Assembly: GCA_013265495.1 (NCBI GenBank)
Contig: MU058213.1
Location: forward strand, 992,001-1,056,000
Reading direction: 5' to 3'
Origin: Vicugna vicugna
Lineage: Eukaryota
DNA length: 64,000 nucleotides
Positions 39,151 to 51,500 of the stretch are shown one piece after another (position 1 is the stretch's first letter; every line of letters starts with the position of its first letter). The position numbers and the translations under genes are program-made. The notes below the pieces were generated by a model that searched no databases, was not told the DNA's origin, and was given only the letters and a program-made list of their open reading frames with translations.

Positions 39151-42100
39151 ATACCTGTCTACTTCCAGTACTAGTTATGCTGGTTAATACAACTGGTTAA
39201 GAGCCCTGATTTAGAGTAAGTTCCTCTTTTTCTGGCAGAAAAACAAAGGTTGAGAATGCTGCTGAGGGAGACATTAAAAAGGGCCTGGGATGAAAGCTAC
39301 AGCTATGTCAGGTGATGCTGACAATGCTCAGATTATAACTGAAACAGTATCTCTAGCCAAACCCTATCTAGAATGATGGGAGAACTGTATTTGCGTACAT
39401 AACTCATGTCCTGAAGCTTCCAGAAGCTTTATAAGTACAATAAGGAGAGAGCTAGCTAGAGCCATGATTTCTCTTTTAAGGAAATAAATTTTTACAAATG
39501 GTTTAAAATAGACAAACCAATAATACCAGCAAAGAGTTGCCATGCGTGGACTCCATTATGATGTACCAAGTACTGAGCTAAGTGCTTCACATACAAACAC
39601 ATTCATAAAGCCTCCCAGCTGCCCTGCAAGGTGAGAACATTCACTGATTTGCCTACAGTCACCCAGGAAGAAGCTCAACCTAACACTGGACACCATACTT
39701 TTAACTATGTCACGTTACTGTTAACCTTGTTTGTTCTCAGTATTTCCCGTTCATTTTATGTATTTGTTATTTAATCATTCAGATTCATAAAGTTTAACTC
39801 TTGTTTATATGTCATAAATAGTCTTTTCTCTACTTCCTTTACAGAGTGTATCTGATTCATACAAATCCTAATGTGGCACAGCTGTTTCAATTACATCACA
39901 TCTTTCCAAAACTTAGAGTAAGCTAATCCCAATGTTTTGTAGCTAATTTTAGAAAGGGTACATAAAAGTTACAACTAACTTGCCAAAAAGAAAAAAAAAA
40001 GGGGAAAAAACCAACCCCCTCAAAAAGACATCACAACACAATGTACAAACAATAAAAGTAGAAACATAACTATAGATCTATACTAGTTCTGTTTGTTCTA
40101 CCCCCTTCTCTGTTTCATCTACTCTGAGTTTGCTACCTCTGTAGCACAATGGCCAACATAATTTGTAGACAACTCATTGGTTCCCTGAGTTATGGAGCTG
40201 TTCCCTTCCTGGTTGCTCCATAGCTTTCTAGTGACACATATTTGTGCAATTATATCCAAACCTCCCAGTCTCAAACTTGCCTTTCCTCAGCTTCTTTTTT
40301 TTTTTAACATTTTAATGTTCCTTTTATTTATTTTTACTTGCTTTTTCTTTACACCTTTATTATATTATCTACCAGAAATGTGGCTCTTGAACATATTTTC
40401 AACAACACAACAAAATCCAGACTCTGTCAAAAGAGCTGCAAACCATATATGTTAATTTCCTCTTATTCTCTTTTCGCCTACAATTAAAAGTAGTAGATTA
40501 AACTTTCTAGTTTTCTTAAAGGATAGGTCACACAATGGAAACTTCTATTGCTAATAAGACGTGGGGTTGGAAAACCAAGATAATCACGGGTGAGAAAGGA
40601 TCTTCCTACTTATCACTCAACCTGCCTTTCCCTAACTCTAGATTTCTCAGTCCAATAATCTGTTTCCTTAGCTATTTGGAATACCAAGGTGGGGGAAAAA
40701 AAAGAACCTCATAATAACAAGATCAGCTGCTCGAAAACAATGATGGAAACATACACAGCCTCTTCCCTCCAATAACCCAGCAGGCAACCTGACCCGGTGT
40801 TTGCCACCCTACCTGTACACACAAATGTTTGCTTGCTAGGTCAACTGTATTTAAACTAAAATATGACAGCTATAAATAAAACAATAAAAGAGAGGCCATT
40901 TTTAGATTGTGACAAAGCCTCAGTCCATGAACTGCTCCCTTGAAAACTGTCACTGAAGGCAAAGAAACCTCAAGAGAAAATAAGAGAAGATCACTACATG
41001 ACCTGAATGATTCATGTTGAAATCAGAACCATCAAATGAGGACTGTAAGATGGATCAATAGCTTAAAACGGTCTCAAGTGAACAATCTGTGCCATTCTTC
41101 TTCTCTAGCCCTTGGGGTGGGGGGAGTGAGCGTAAAAAAGTCTCTAAGTTCTTTAAATGAGACTGTATCCCATTAATTATTCGAGGCAGTTTTTGTTTCA
41201 CTGGAATTAATTAACATGACCCCTCTTCTTTAAGCTCCAGCTGCACTGATGTCACTGGGTACCACAGTGAAGAATGAACAACAAAAGACAATTGGCTACT
41301 TAGGGAAGTAAGTGGACTAAAGTGGAGAGCACGCACAGAGGCAGTTCCGGCGCTCTGGCTGAGACTTGACTACACACTGACACATTCCGAATAAACTCAG
41401 CCTGTGTAATTTCAGGCTTATGAAACCGTAACTTCTGCCCAACAGGGGCAATCTGCAAGCTGGAATCATGTACAGTGGCACCACTCCACCTATTTCACCC
41501 ATATATATTTTAAAATAATTAATTTGGTCTCCATTCATTCAGATTTATTAAACTTCACCACAATCTATGACAGTCACCTTAGAAAATCCTGAAAAATAAC
41601 CAACAGATAAGCAGGCCAAACAAGAACACAGGACATGTTTAACCTTAAGGAAAATATTATTTTAAGAATCTTGGCTTAATGTACAGAATGGCGCAGATTA
41701 CAACTCAATCTCACAGATTTGTTAAATTGGTACTAACTTTCTTCTAAATTACCCCACCACGTAGATTCTCATGAACTCAGATGAGACATCCCAGTCCTTC
41801 CTTCTAACCTGTTAAGCTGCAGTCTACATGTTCTGTCCAGATCCTTGCTAAACGCACTGTAGTGAAGGCCCAGTTCTAAGAGACAAACTGGACCTCGATG
41901 ACTCCAGCGGGCAGTGACCAAGGAGGCAACTTTGCATGGTCCACAGATGATTCTAACTTTCCTGAGTCTAAGGCGCTGCTCTTGACACAGACTCAGGAAA
42001 CTCTGGGACCCAAAGAGGTGTCACCTGTGTCCCAAAGGGACTGGAGCTTCTGAAGAACCAGGCCCCTGTGAACCCCTGGCCAGTTTCCCAAACATATTTC

Positions 42101-43564
42101 GGTTGGAAACTCATTCTAAAAAATATTTAATTATAGTATTTGTAAACCAGGGGGGGCCTATTTGAAATACATTAACAAAAAGACTCCTTTTCAGAGTTTT
42201 CAAGATCTCACGCCTCAGAGATTATTTCCTAAATTACTTAGCAAATGTGTTTGTTCTTGGATATAACTGGCTCTTTCTTTTCCCTTTAGCCTAGGTCAAC
42301 CTTTTCATTTCTAAAGCCAACAGTTTCTGAGCAATCTATCCTGCCATTAAATATGAATGCAGGAGCTTGACAAGTCTTAAATGACTTTTATTAGTCAGGA
42401 ATAGTCTCCTCAACTAACAAGACAAAGCAAGTATATTAATATGTTGCTTACAATGCAATTCATCCTACTGTATGGTTCCCGAAATACTGGAGAAGGAAGG
42501 GATCCCCTGTCCTCTCATGTTGGACCTAACTTACAGCTTGATTCTCCAGGACACACTGACTAGTAATCTTGATCTACCTACCTCTCGAGTCTGGGGAATC
42601 TCCTAGTGCGCTGCTGTGGCTAACACACTCTGAGACACCAAATATGTAATTATATTTAACGATTTATTCCTGAGTGCTTTGATATTCCTGAATTTTTTTT
42701 AGTCCTTCCAAGCTCTAACTAGATTAATCTTCTTAACATTGATAAGATAATCACCAAGTTTTTGTACCAATATTGTTATTGCAGAAAGATGGGATGTTTT
42801 AATTATAGTCAAATTCATTAACAACTACAATTGATTTCTTTTTAAAGGAACACACAAAGGCTTTTGGTTCTCTTCAGTTAAACTGTCAAAAAATTGGACG
42901 TACTTACCACAGGGGATTGAGTGATTTACATAAAACGAATTCATGCAATATAATACTGTGAAGCCATTAAAAACACAGTATAGAAGAATACATATTGGTA
43001 TGGGAAAATGTTCACAATATACTACTTAGAGAAAAAAATCTTGCTACCAACCAGTATGCACAAAATAAATCATTTTGATTAAAAAAATACACACAGAAAA
43101 AAAAAGCTAGACTTACATCAACTATTAAGAGTATCTAAGGATAGTGGGATTACCTGCAATTTTTTTCTTTTACATTTCTGAATTTTCCAAGATTCTGCAC
43201 TGAACATTTATTATTTTTACAGTTTTTTTTAAAGCTTTGTTTAAAAAAAAACTCCCAAAGTAATTTTGAAAGTCACTTTTTATAGTATTTCACACCTATT
43301 ATTAGTAAAGGTAATGGAACATCTTTTACCACAATTAAGTTTTATGTAAGGGAGGCAGGTTTTCCAGTTGCCTTTAAAAATAGCAAAAAGATTTACTGGG
43401 TCACTACTATGTGCCAGGCCTTCTCACATATTCTATCAAAAGTGAAACATTAAGGATAGCCAGGGGAAAAAAAAGTGGCTGACAATATGTCCACAGTGTC
43501 ACCTTACACTTTTAAAAAGACTCACCATCAACACTCAACAAATAGTTCAATTCAACTAACTCTT

Positions 43565-44404
43565 TTTTAAAAATTTTTATTGAAGTATAATTGATTTACA
43601 ATATTGTTCTGTTTTGTTTGTTTTGTTTCTGTTTTTGGGGGGAGGGCTTTAAAAAACAATATTGTTTTATTATTAGAAGCAGGATGGCTTGCATGGGGTG
43701 TGGACACACCGGGCTCAGTGTATGTGTGGGCTGTGAGGAGTAGATAATTGGGAGGTTGGAAGGAAAGAGGGTGAGTCTGGAAGTCAGGCCCAAAGGCTCC
43801 TCAGATTTACTTCTGGAAATGGGTAGTCTTAATAAGGGAGTCATGGCAAGCTATGTATGGCCAGGCACCAATAAGATTAAGAAATTCCTGGAAATCTAGC
43901 TGCTCATCACTGCTGAGGTCCAGTTTCTTCATCACACGGTTCAGGACACCAGGGTCCTTCTGGTTCTTTGTGAAGGAAGCCAGTTCTGTATTCATGAAGG
44001 TTAGGAACTCAGTCTTGGAGAGTGTGCAGTTGATAGTGTCCCTTCCAGCATAACTTTGGAAAACAGCAATCAGAGACTCGAGGCACTGCTCAGTCTCTGT
44101 AGGGCTGGATATTTTTGCCATGTCGGAGAGGAGTGAGGCATGGGGCTGGGAGCGGGGAGAAGCGCGATGAGCTCGATTTACAACATTGCATTAGTTTCAG
44201 TGATTCAAAAATTGTGTGTATATATATATATATATTCATATTATTTTCTATTATAGGTTACTATGCTATATTGAATATAGTTTTGAATATAGTTCCCTGT
44301 GCTATACAGTAAATCCTCATTGCTTACCTATTTCATGTATTTGTATCTGTAAATCCCATACTCTTCTTCCCTTTCCCCTTTGGTAACCATAAGTTTGTTT
44401 TCTA
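43565..44404 (-). mobile_element. L1 3'-end fragment, split by the S100A11 retrocopy
   Basis: L1 3'UTR motifs (ttttattgaagtataattgatttaca...; ...ttgaatatagttccctgtgctatacagtaaatcc...) on both sides of the retrocopy. Own TSD AACTAACTCTT at 43554-43564 and 44405-44415. Confidence 0.85.
43607..44174 (-). pseudogene. S100A11: Full-length processed retrocopy of S100A11; open ORF 43807-44121 (104 aa)
   Basis: Translation MAKISSPTETEQCLESLIAVFQ...KNQKDPGVL...QLDFQEFLNLIG...ACHDS is S100A11-like and intronless. 5'UTR and 3'UTR retained, AATAAA at 43671-43666, decayed A-rich tail from about 43607-43636, TSD GATTTACAA(T/C)ATTG at 43593-43606 and 44175-44188. Confidence 0.93.
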
Positions 44405-44516
44405 AACTAACTCTTGTTGAATGTTTACCAGGCGGGGGATTCTGGCAAGAGGGAAGCATGGTGAACAAAGTCCAGAGTCAGCACAGCTACAAAAAGCTCC
44501 GGTAGCAAGACTGCTT

Positions 44517-44700
44517 CAGTGTTTCAGAGTGGGCTTCCACAGACCACCTGCAGCAGAATCCCTTACGGTGTTGGTTAAATCCAGATTCTTGGGGCTCCCA
44601 AAGCCACTAGCTCAATTTCTGGAGGCAAGACCCAGGAATTTACATTTTAAAAAGTGCTCCAGATGACTGCTACATATAGTAAAGTCTGAGAAACCCCAGT
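44517..44700. mobile_element. MER5A-like hAT element
   Basis: gcagcagaatc...cagattcttgggg...cccaggaatttacattttaaaaagtgctccagatgac...aaagtctgagaaac. Confidence 0.65.
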
Positions 44701-45619
44701 GTTGTGAAAGATCAAGCCAAGAGATTAGAGTTAGAAAAAGATCAGGAATCTTGAAGGTCAGGCTAAGGAATGAGTTAAGTCTATAGTAGACAATTGGAGG
44801 GAGTCGGGGGATTGGGGACCACCCAGGGGTTTTGAGCTGGAGAGCAGCACGCTAAGATCTGTGCTTTGGGTCAGTACTGCTCATTACAGCATAGACTGAA
44901 AAAGAGTACTGGAAGCCCTAGAGAACTGAGGAAACTGATTTATAACAAGGCATCAAAACTGACCAAGAGAAGAATAAAGTGGTTCCCATCCCTGGTAGCA
45001 AAAAGAGGGGTGACAAGAGGAAGCTCGTGAAGAATTACTGATGAATAAATAAGATGATTTGAATCCAAAATGTTAAATCCCAAAATACAGATACAGAGAG
45101 GAAGATTTAGAAAAAACTTACCAATGGTAATTTAATATCATTTAATTAATGCATTTATTCAATCTTGGACTCGTTACTTACTATGTACCAAACCTTGGTC
45201 TAGATGATGGGTCGAAAAACAGATGAGAATCATTGACTTACACACTTTAAATGGATGAGCTGTGTAGTATGTGAATTATATCTCAATAAAGTTGTTATTA
45301 AAACTAAACAAAACAAATGAGACATCTCCCCTGTCCTTAAGGGACTCAGAGAAGTATGGGGAGACAGACAACTGCAATGAAGTGCGGTAAGTGTTGGGAC
45401 AGAGGTAAACACAGGAGCATCTTAGCCAGACTGGGATCTGGAGGAACGAATTCGTGAACAAAGAATAGAGAAAGCCAGGCAAGGGGAATGCTGCAAGGGA
45501 GGAAGAAAGCACCCTGGAGAGCTCCTGACTTAAAGTGAAGACTTGAGTGCCAGGAGGAAACACAAGATGAGGCAGACCCAGGGTGAAGGTAGGTCAGGAA
45601 GAGCCCTGTGCATTACAGC

Positions 45620-45785
45620 CCCACTACTGGAGGTGTGGCCTTCAATCCAGTAGCACTGGCATCACTGGAAGTTGTTAGAAATACAGAGTCCTGAGGCCCC
45701 ATCACAGATCTCCATCAGAATGTCCATTTTAACAAGATTCCCAGGTGATTCAGGTGGACACCAAAGTTTAGGAAGCACTACACTA
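45620..45785. mobile_element. MER5A-like hAT element
   Basis: ggcatcactggaagttgttagaaatacagagtc...cattttaacaagattcccaggtgattca...aaagtttaggaagcact. Confidence 0.7.
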
Positions 45786-46619
45786 ATAAACTGATTATTT
45801 ATTCTCAAGACAAAATCCAACGAGGAATCACTGAGGAATTTCAAGCCAGAGAGTGGCATGATCAGATATGTGCATTACATAAAGATCACTCTGGTAGCAC
45901 AATGAAAAACAGATTGCAGGAGGTAAAACCAAAAATTGCTTAGGAAGCTATTTGGAAAGCCAGGAAAGAAACAATAAGGGCCCAAATAGAGTAAAATTAA
46001 TACCAGGAAATGATAACTGATCAGTTGGGGTAAGAGTATGGGGGTGGTGTACAAATCAAGATGATTTCTAAGTTTTGGGTTTCAGTTAATGGACTAGATG
46101 TTGATGCTACTCACCAGACTGGAAATACAAATAAACACAACAATTAGAGGGGCTAACATTTCTTAAATATGTGCCAGACATTATTCTAAGTGCTTTGCAT
46201 GAACTATCTCATTTAATCCTCAAAACAATCGTAGAAGTATTACTATTATCCATCCTATAGATGAGAAAACTAACACACAGAGAAGTTAAGTAGGGTAGGG
46301 TTGCATGCATAAGGAGATGACAAATTCAATTTAAAATACACTAGGTTTGAGGTGCTTTTAAGGATGGCCATAATGCAGTTGTTTGCAGGGATCTCAGTTT
46401 GTAGGGAGAACAAGTAGGTTGGAAACAGATTTGGAAGTCATCAGCATAGGGCTGGTTCCTGACTCATCAGGAGCAGATCAGGCCACAGTGGGAGGAAGTG
46501 TAGGTCAAGGACAGAGCCAAGGAGCACCAATCTCTGAGGGGCAATAGGAGGCAGCTGAGCTTATCAAGAGGACAAAGCAGCCAGATAGAAAGGAGATTGA
46601 TAGCTCTAACTGAACAGCA

Positions 46620-46860
46620 GCAATAACAGCTAACATTTATAAGTGTGTAGTATTATGTATTTTTATATATGAAATAATTTAGTCATCATTAAAACCACAT
46701 GAGGTAGATATTATTGGTCCCATTATAAAAAGAAGGAAACTGAGGCACAGAGAGGTTAAGTGGCTTGGTTAAGGTCATACAGAAAGTGAACAGTGAATCC
46801 AGGGTTTCAAACCAGAATTCAAGCTCTAAGTGTAGCATTACACCTTGACTGCCATGATGC
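46620..46860 (-). mobile_element. MIR
   Basis: Core ggaaactgaggcacagagaggttaagtggcttggttaaggtcatacag. Confidence 0.8.
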
Positions 46861-48352
46861 ACTGCTTGACTTTCAGGCACTGAGAGAGGTGGAACCCAGG
46901 GAAGGAAACAGCTTAACAAAGCCCTCAGATAGTGTCTGGTCTACAGAGGCCTCAGTCAATATTAACCAATATTATTTGATAATTATACAACTATGGAGTC
47001 ACACATTTATGCAAGCCACAGTTTTTAGAAGAAAAGAAGTGAAAACTAAATAAGGTAAAAACTCAGGTTTTAATGGAGGAAGAAAAGCAAAGAAACTTCC
47101 AAGGATGCTAAGGCTTCAACTCAGTTTCTTATGCCTCCAATACCTAAGTTTCCACACAATCAACCTTCAGCTACATTTGTGGCTACCAGTTCTTAAGGAG
47201 GGCTGCTGCACACAGCAATGACCTGGACACTTCACAAACCCCCAAATACCTTTTGTGCTCAACAGATTCCAGTTTAAAGTGCTATCTTTAGCCCTGGTAT
47301 ATTTTGCTCCATTGAAATTATTTTAAAGTAGGTGGTTGATGCTGAGAGTCTTTCCAGTTTCTGACTGTCCACTGAAAGCAAACTGATCCTCTGACCAGTC
47401 CAGGCAAATGCCAGTTTGTTCTAATTAGAAGGATATGTTGTCTATAATGAAATGCTAATGTATTTTCAAGTTAAAATTATATTGTTTATACTCTTAAGAC
47501 AGTAGCTTCATGGGGTTTTTGTTTTCTCTTTTTAAAAATCTTTCTAATTCAGTTATTCTTTCTGGCCCAGATTTGCCTAAGATCAAGAAGAAACAGTGAA
47601 TAAGAGGAACAATGAGGAAAATTATCAGAAAAAGGAAACAGTTTAGATTTCCAAAAGGCTAAGTTTTTCAAATAAATTTATATATTTCTACTCTAAGAGG
47701 ATTTTTCAAAACAGAAGAAAGGTACTGGATGGCAGAAAGCAGCCTGCAGAAGTGGGACATCTGGTCATCCTAGCCCTGCAGCAACGTACATAAAAAGTGC
47801 TATTTTTAAAATGAAATAAATGTGAATACCCTGCCCTGTATAACTGCAAGTGCCAACTCTTACCAGGGAGACTTGGACTCTAAAATAGACTAAAACTGAC
47901 TAATTCAAGCAAAGAATTATGTACAATAAATGCTCATCATAGAGCATTTCTTATAATAGTGAAAATGCCCAACAGTAAATAAAGGATGGTACATCCAGAT
48001 GATGGAATATTATGGAGTCATTAAAAACATTTTCAATGAATATTTAATAATATAAAAATTATCACAATACAGATTAAGTTTAAAAATCATAAAATATCAT
48101 TATGAATACAGATGAAAGACTTAAGGAAGTAAATAGTCCAAAATGATTATTATCTATGGGTAGTATAATTAGCTTAGCTTATTTTTAATTTTCTTCTTTT
48201 ATATGTTGCTGTATCTTCCAAATTGTCTACAATATATCATTTCTAAAAGCAAAAAGTCAATTTTTTTAAAAAGTTTTTCCAATTAATTTCTGTTTTAATT
48301 TTTAACTCTCTCCTACTTTTTCTTACCCTAATCTAAGTCTTAAGGATTAAGG

Positions 48353-48595
48353 CAGAGGTTCTCAAGCAGGGGCAGGGGGAAGGGGGATCTGGCTCCCCAG
48401 GGGACATCTGGCAATGTCTACAAACAATATGGATTTGTTGTCACAACGAGGGGTGGGGGATGCTACTGGATCTGGTAGGTAAAGGCTAGAGAGTTAGGGA
48501 TTTGGTTAAATATCCCACAACACATAGGAAAAGCCCCCAGAAGAAAAGAACTATCTAGCCTCCTATGCCAATAGCACAGAGGTTAAGAAATCTTG
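48353..48595. mobile_element. MER20 hAT element
   Basis: cagaggttctcaa...ccccaggggacatctggcaatgtct...gatgctactgg...gaggttaagaaatcttg. Confidence 0.8.
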
Positions 48596-51500
48596 GTTAG
48601 AATGAAAAAAAAAAAATGAGTATAAAGAGGAAGATTGGGTTAAAATACAATATTAGCTCTAGTGGATTTAACTTTTCTAAAATAGATATTAAAAATACAC
48701 ATTCTGAACTGATGAAAGTTTAGTCCAGGTTTTGGCCCAAATTACTTATTATTTATACACTTTTCCTAATTTTATGGAAAATAACCCTAGGAGTTCTGCT
48801 CCCAACCTGAGGATGATGTTTGTCAAACTTGAAATAAGATTTTTCTCAGCTTGAACATAGAAAAATCAATTCTGTGTACAAGGTTTTTAAACCCTGCTAA
48901 TATAAATGTTTCCAAGCGAGATCATACCTTTAAAGGAACTGCTGGTTATCTTATTGTGTAAACTCATGCAAAATTACTTCCTATTGTGATGTCAGATTCC
49001 GGGAGTGGTAACAAATCAAAAGTACATAGATTTCAGGAAATGAAGTACCATTCTTAATCCCTAGAGTAACTTATGCTTATTTAGCATATATTTATTATGT
49101 ATAATATAAATATTATTTAGCATATATATATTTAGTAACTTATTACTAGATAATTCACCCCATAAGACATTATTTGATTCCACTTTAGGGGGTGTGTGTA
49201 TTTGGTTGTAACAAAGCACAGCAGAGCACCAGGGGTGCGTAGATGAAACAAAATAGTAGGAGGATCAAGCAGCAGATGACAGGGCGGAAGGTAAGACAGC
49301 CAACGAAGACAGAACACTGGAGATGAATAAGGGATGATTCAAACATTCAAAAGAGGGGAATAAAAATGTTTCCAACTTATCTTTGGGTGAAAATGGGGGA
49401 AGAGTATAATGCACACATGCAAGGACGTGAAGGGGAAATAAAATGCTAAAGAAATATGGCAGGAAGAGATCAGAAGGATAGATGACATAGAGTTCAGAGG
49501 CCCCCTAATTAAGTCTGAAAAAAAATACTTTTCAAATCATCAACTTCTGATATGCTTTTATTAACACCTGCTTTTATGGATTCTCCATGGCTTTTTTTCT
49601 TTTTTTAATTAAAAATGATTCTCTAGGGGAAAGATATCCATCGTCTTCCTGGGTATGCAAACCCTCCCATTAATCTGCTCAAAGATCAGAAAAAGAGGGG
49701 CAGAACTCAGTCACTCTGTCACTTCTGGTGACTGATTCACAGTGGACATTGAGGGTAGCTGTTTTGCTTTGTCTCTCCAGCACTCTTCTTCTAATGGGGA
49801 ACAGCTTGCAGCCACCCTACCAGGTCTGAGGAGGACTATCAGTCATGACGCTCTGTCCTTCCTCTGGCCTCTGAGATGAGCATGACTACACCAGTCATGG
49901 TCTCCCTCCCCCACCACCTACACGGCACAGTGATAGGAGAGGACATGCCACCACAAGCAAGGACAACCAGAATTCTGCTCCCAGGCTCTCTTCTTCCAGG
50001 CCCAGAGCTAGAAGATCACGTGGTCCGCAAGTGCCACTGACCATCTTTTTCACCCTGGAAAAGCTGTCCTGAGAGTGAAATCAATGTCAAATAGCACAAT
50101 CTGTCATGAGAGTCAGTGACAGAGAGTCCAGAGACCACATCTGAGCCTTGAATCTAGCCATGCCAGGCTTTCAGAGCATCCGAGCAAATAAAATCCTTTT
50201 TGGCTTTGAGTTGGGTTTCTGCTACTTCCAACTAAAATAGCTCTGGCTGGTAAACTGTTTAACATTGTCAAAGACAGGTTTGGTAAGTCAGTGTGTCAAA
50301 ACTATCATCCATGAGTTAGCTAGGCCCTTTCTATTTATCAACCACATCTCAGCTGATATCGTAACTTGCAGCAACGAGTTTCATATGTGTAAAACAGTGT
50401 TTAAAGTAGAAATTCACTTTAAAAGACATTTATTTACTTCCAGTCCTAACAAGTATCCTTACTAAACTGGAATTTGACATTATAAACTTTTATTCTTAAT
50501 ATTAAATAAATACTGCATCATTTTCCCAGAGCACCTTCATCTTTCTGAAGAGTTCTGCCCTTTTAATCCATCTAGCCTCCTTACTGCCCTGATCATTTTA
50601 TTTCTCCCATTTTGAAATTCCTCTAGTTTCAAACTGTATTTATCAAGAAGTAAAAACACCAACCACATACACAGGATTCCTGGCCAGGACAATGCACATT
50701 TTCGTATGAGGCACTAAAGAGAGAAAACTGTCTCCCTCCAGTCCAGCACTGAGCTCACATTTTTAAACACAGCAGCACATCAGACCAAAGGAGGTAGACA
50801 GACAGTCTTCATGAACACTTGATTTCAATCAAGTTTGAAGCCATTATTTTGAAATCAAAGCATAATTACATCACCCCTAAGTTCTACAATTGGCAAAAAG
50901 CCTCTGTGGTACAAGGAAATGGTTAATGCAAATGACAGCTGGTTAGAGAGACTTTCAACTGAGGAGGGCTTCAAAGAGAAGTGGAGACTGAGACATGAAG
51001 AAGCCAGGGATAAATTCCTGCAAAACTTAAGAATCTATATTAGCACAAACCCAGACTGACATTACAAGCAAGGCAGGTGGGGCAGGAGAACTGTTAAAGG
51101 GCAGAACTGACCAAAGGGCATTTTAGCACATAAAGGACCTGAAGAAACAAGCATTGAAGGCAGACACCATTAGTAAAGGCAGTAAATGCATGAAGGGAAG
51201 ATCAAATAAACAACCTAAACTCCCTTTCCATCTACTCCCACCTCCCACTGTCAGTGAAACTCCATGGGAGTCACACCCAAGCTCAGGTCTCTGCACTTGG
51301 TGTCATTGTTGGTTGAGTTATGGTCAAACTATAACATACATTTTTGAAAACAAAAAAAAACAAACAATTCTTCCCTCTGCCCCAGTGAGCAAGCCAACTC
51401 CAGTAAACTCTTTGAATAAGCCGGGGAAGAGAGGAAGCTAAGCACAAAGGAATTTTTGAGGGTGACAGAAATGGTCTGTATCTTGCTTGTAATGGTGGTT

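Noticed and set aside
50817..50858. Short hairpins ACTTGATT/AATCAAGT and TTGATTTCAA/TTGAAATCAA
   Set aside because: Arms of 8-10 bp in AT-rich DNA are compatible with chance.
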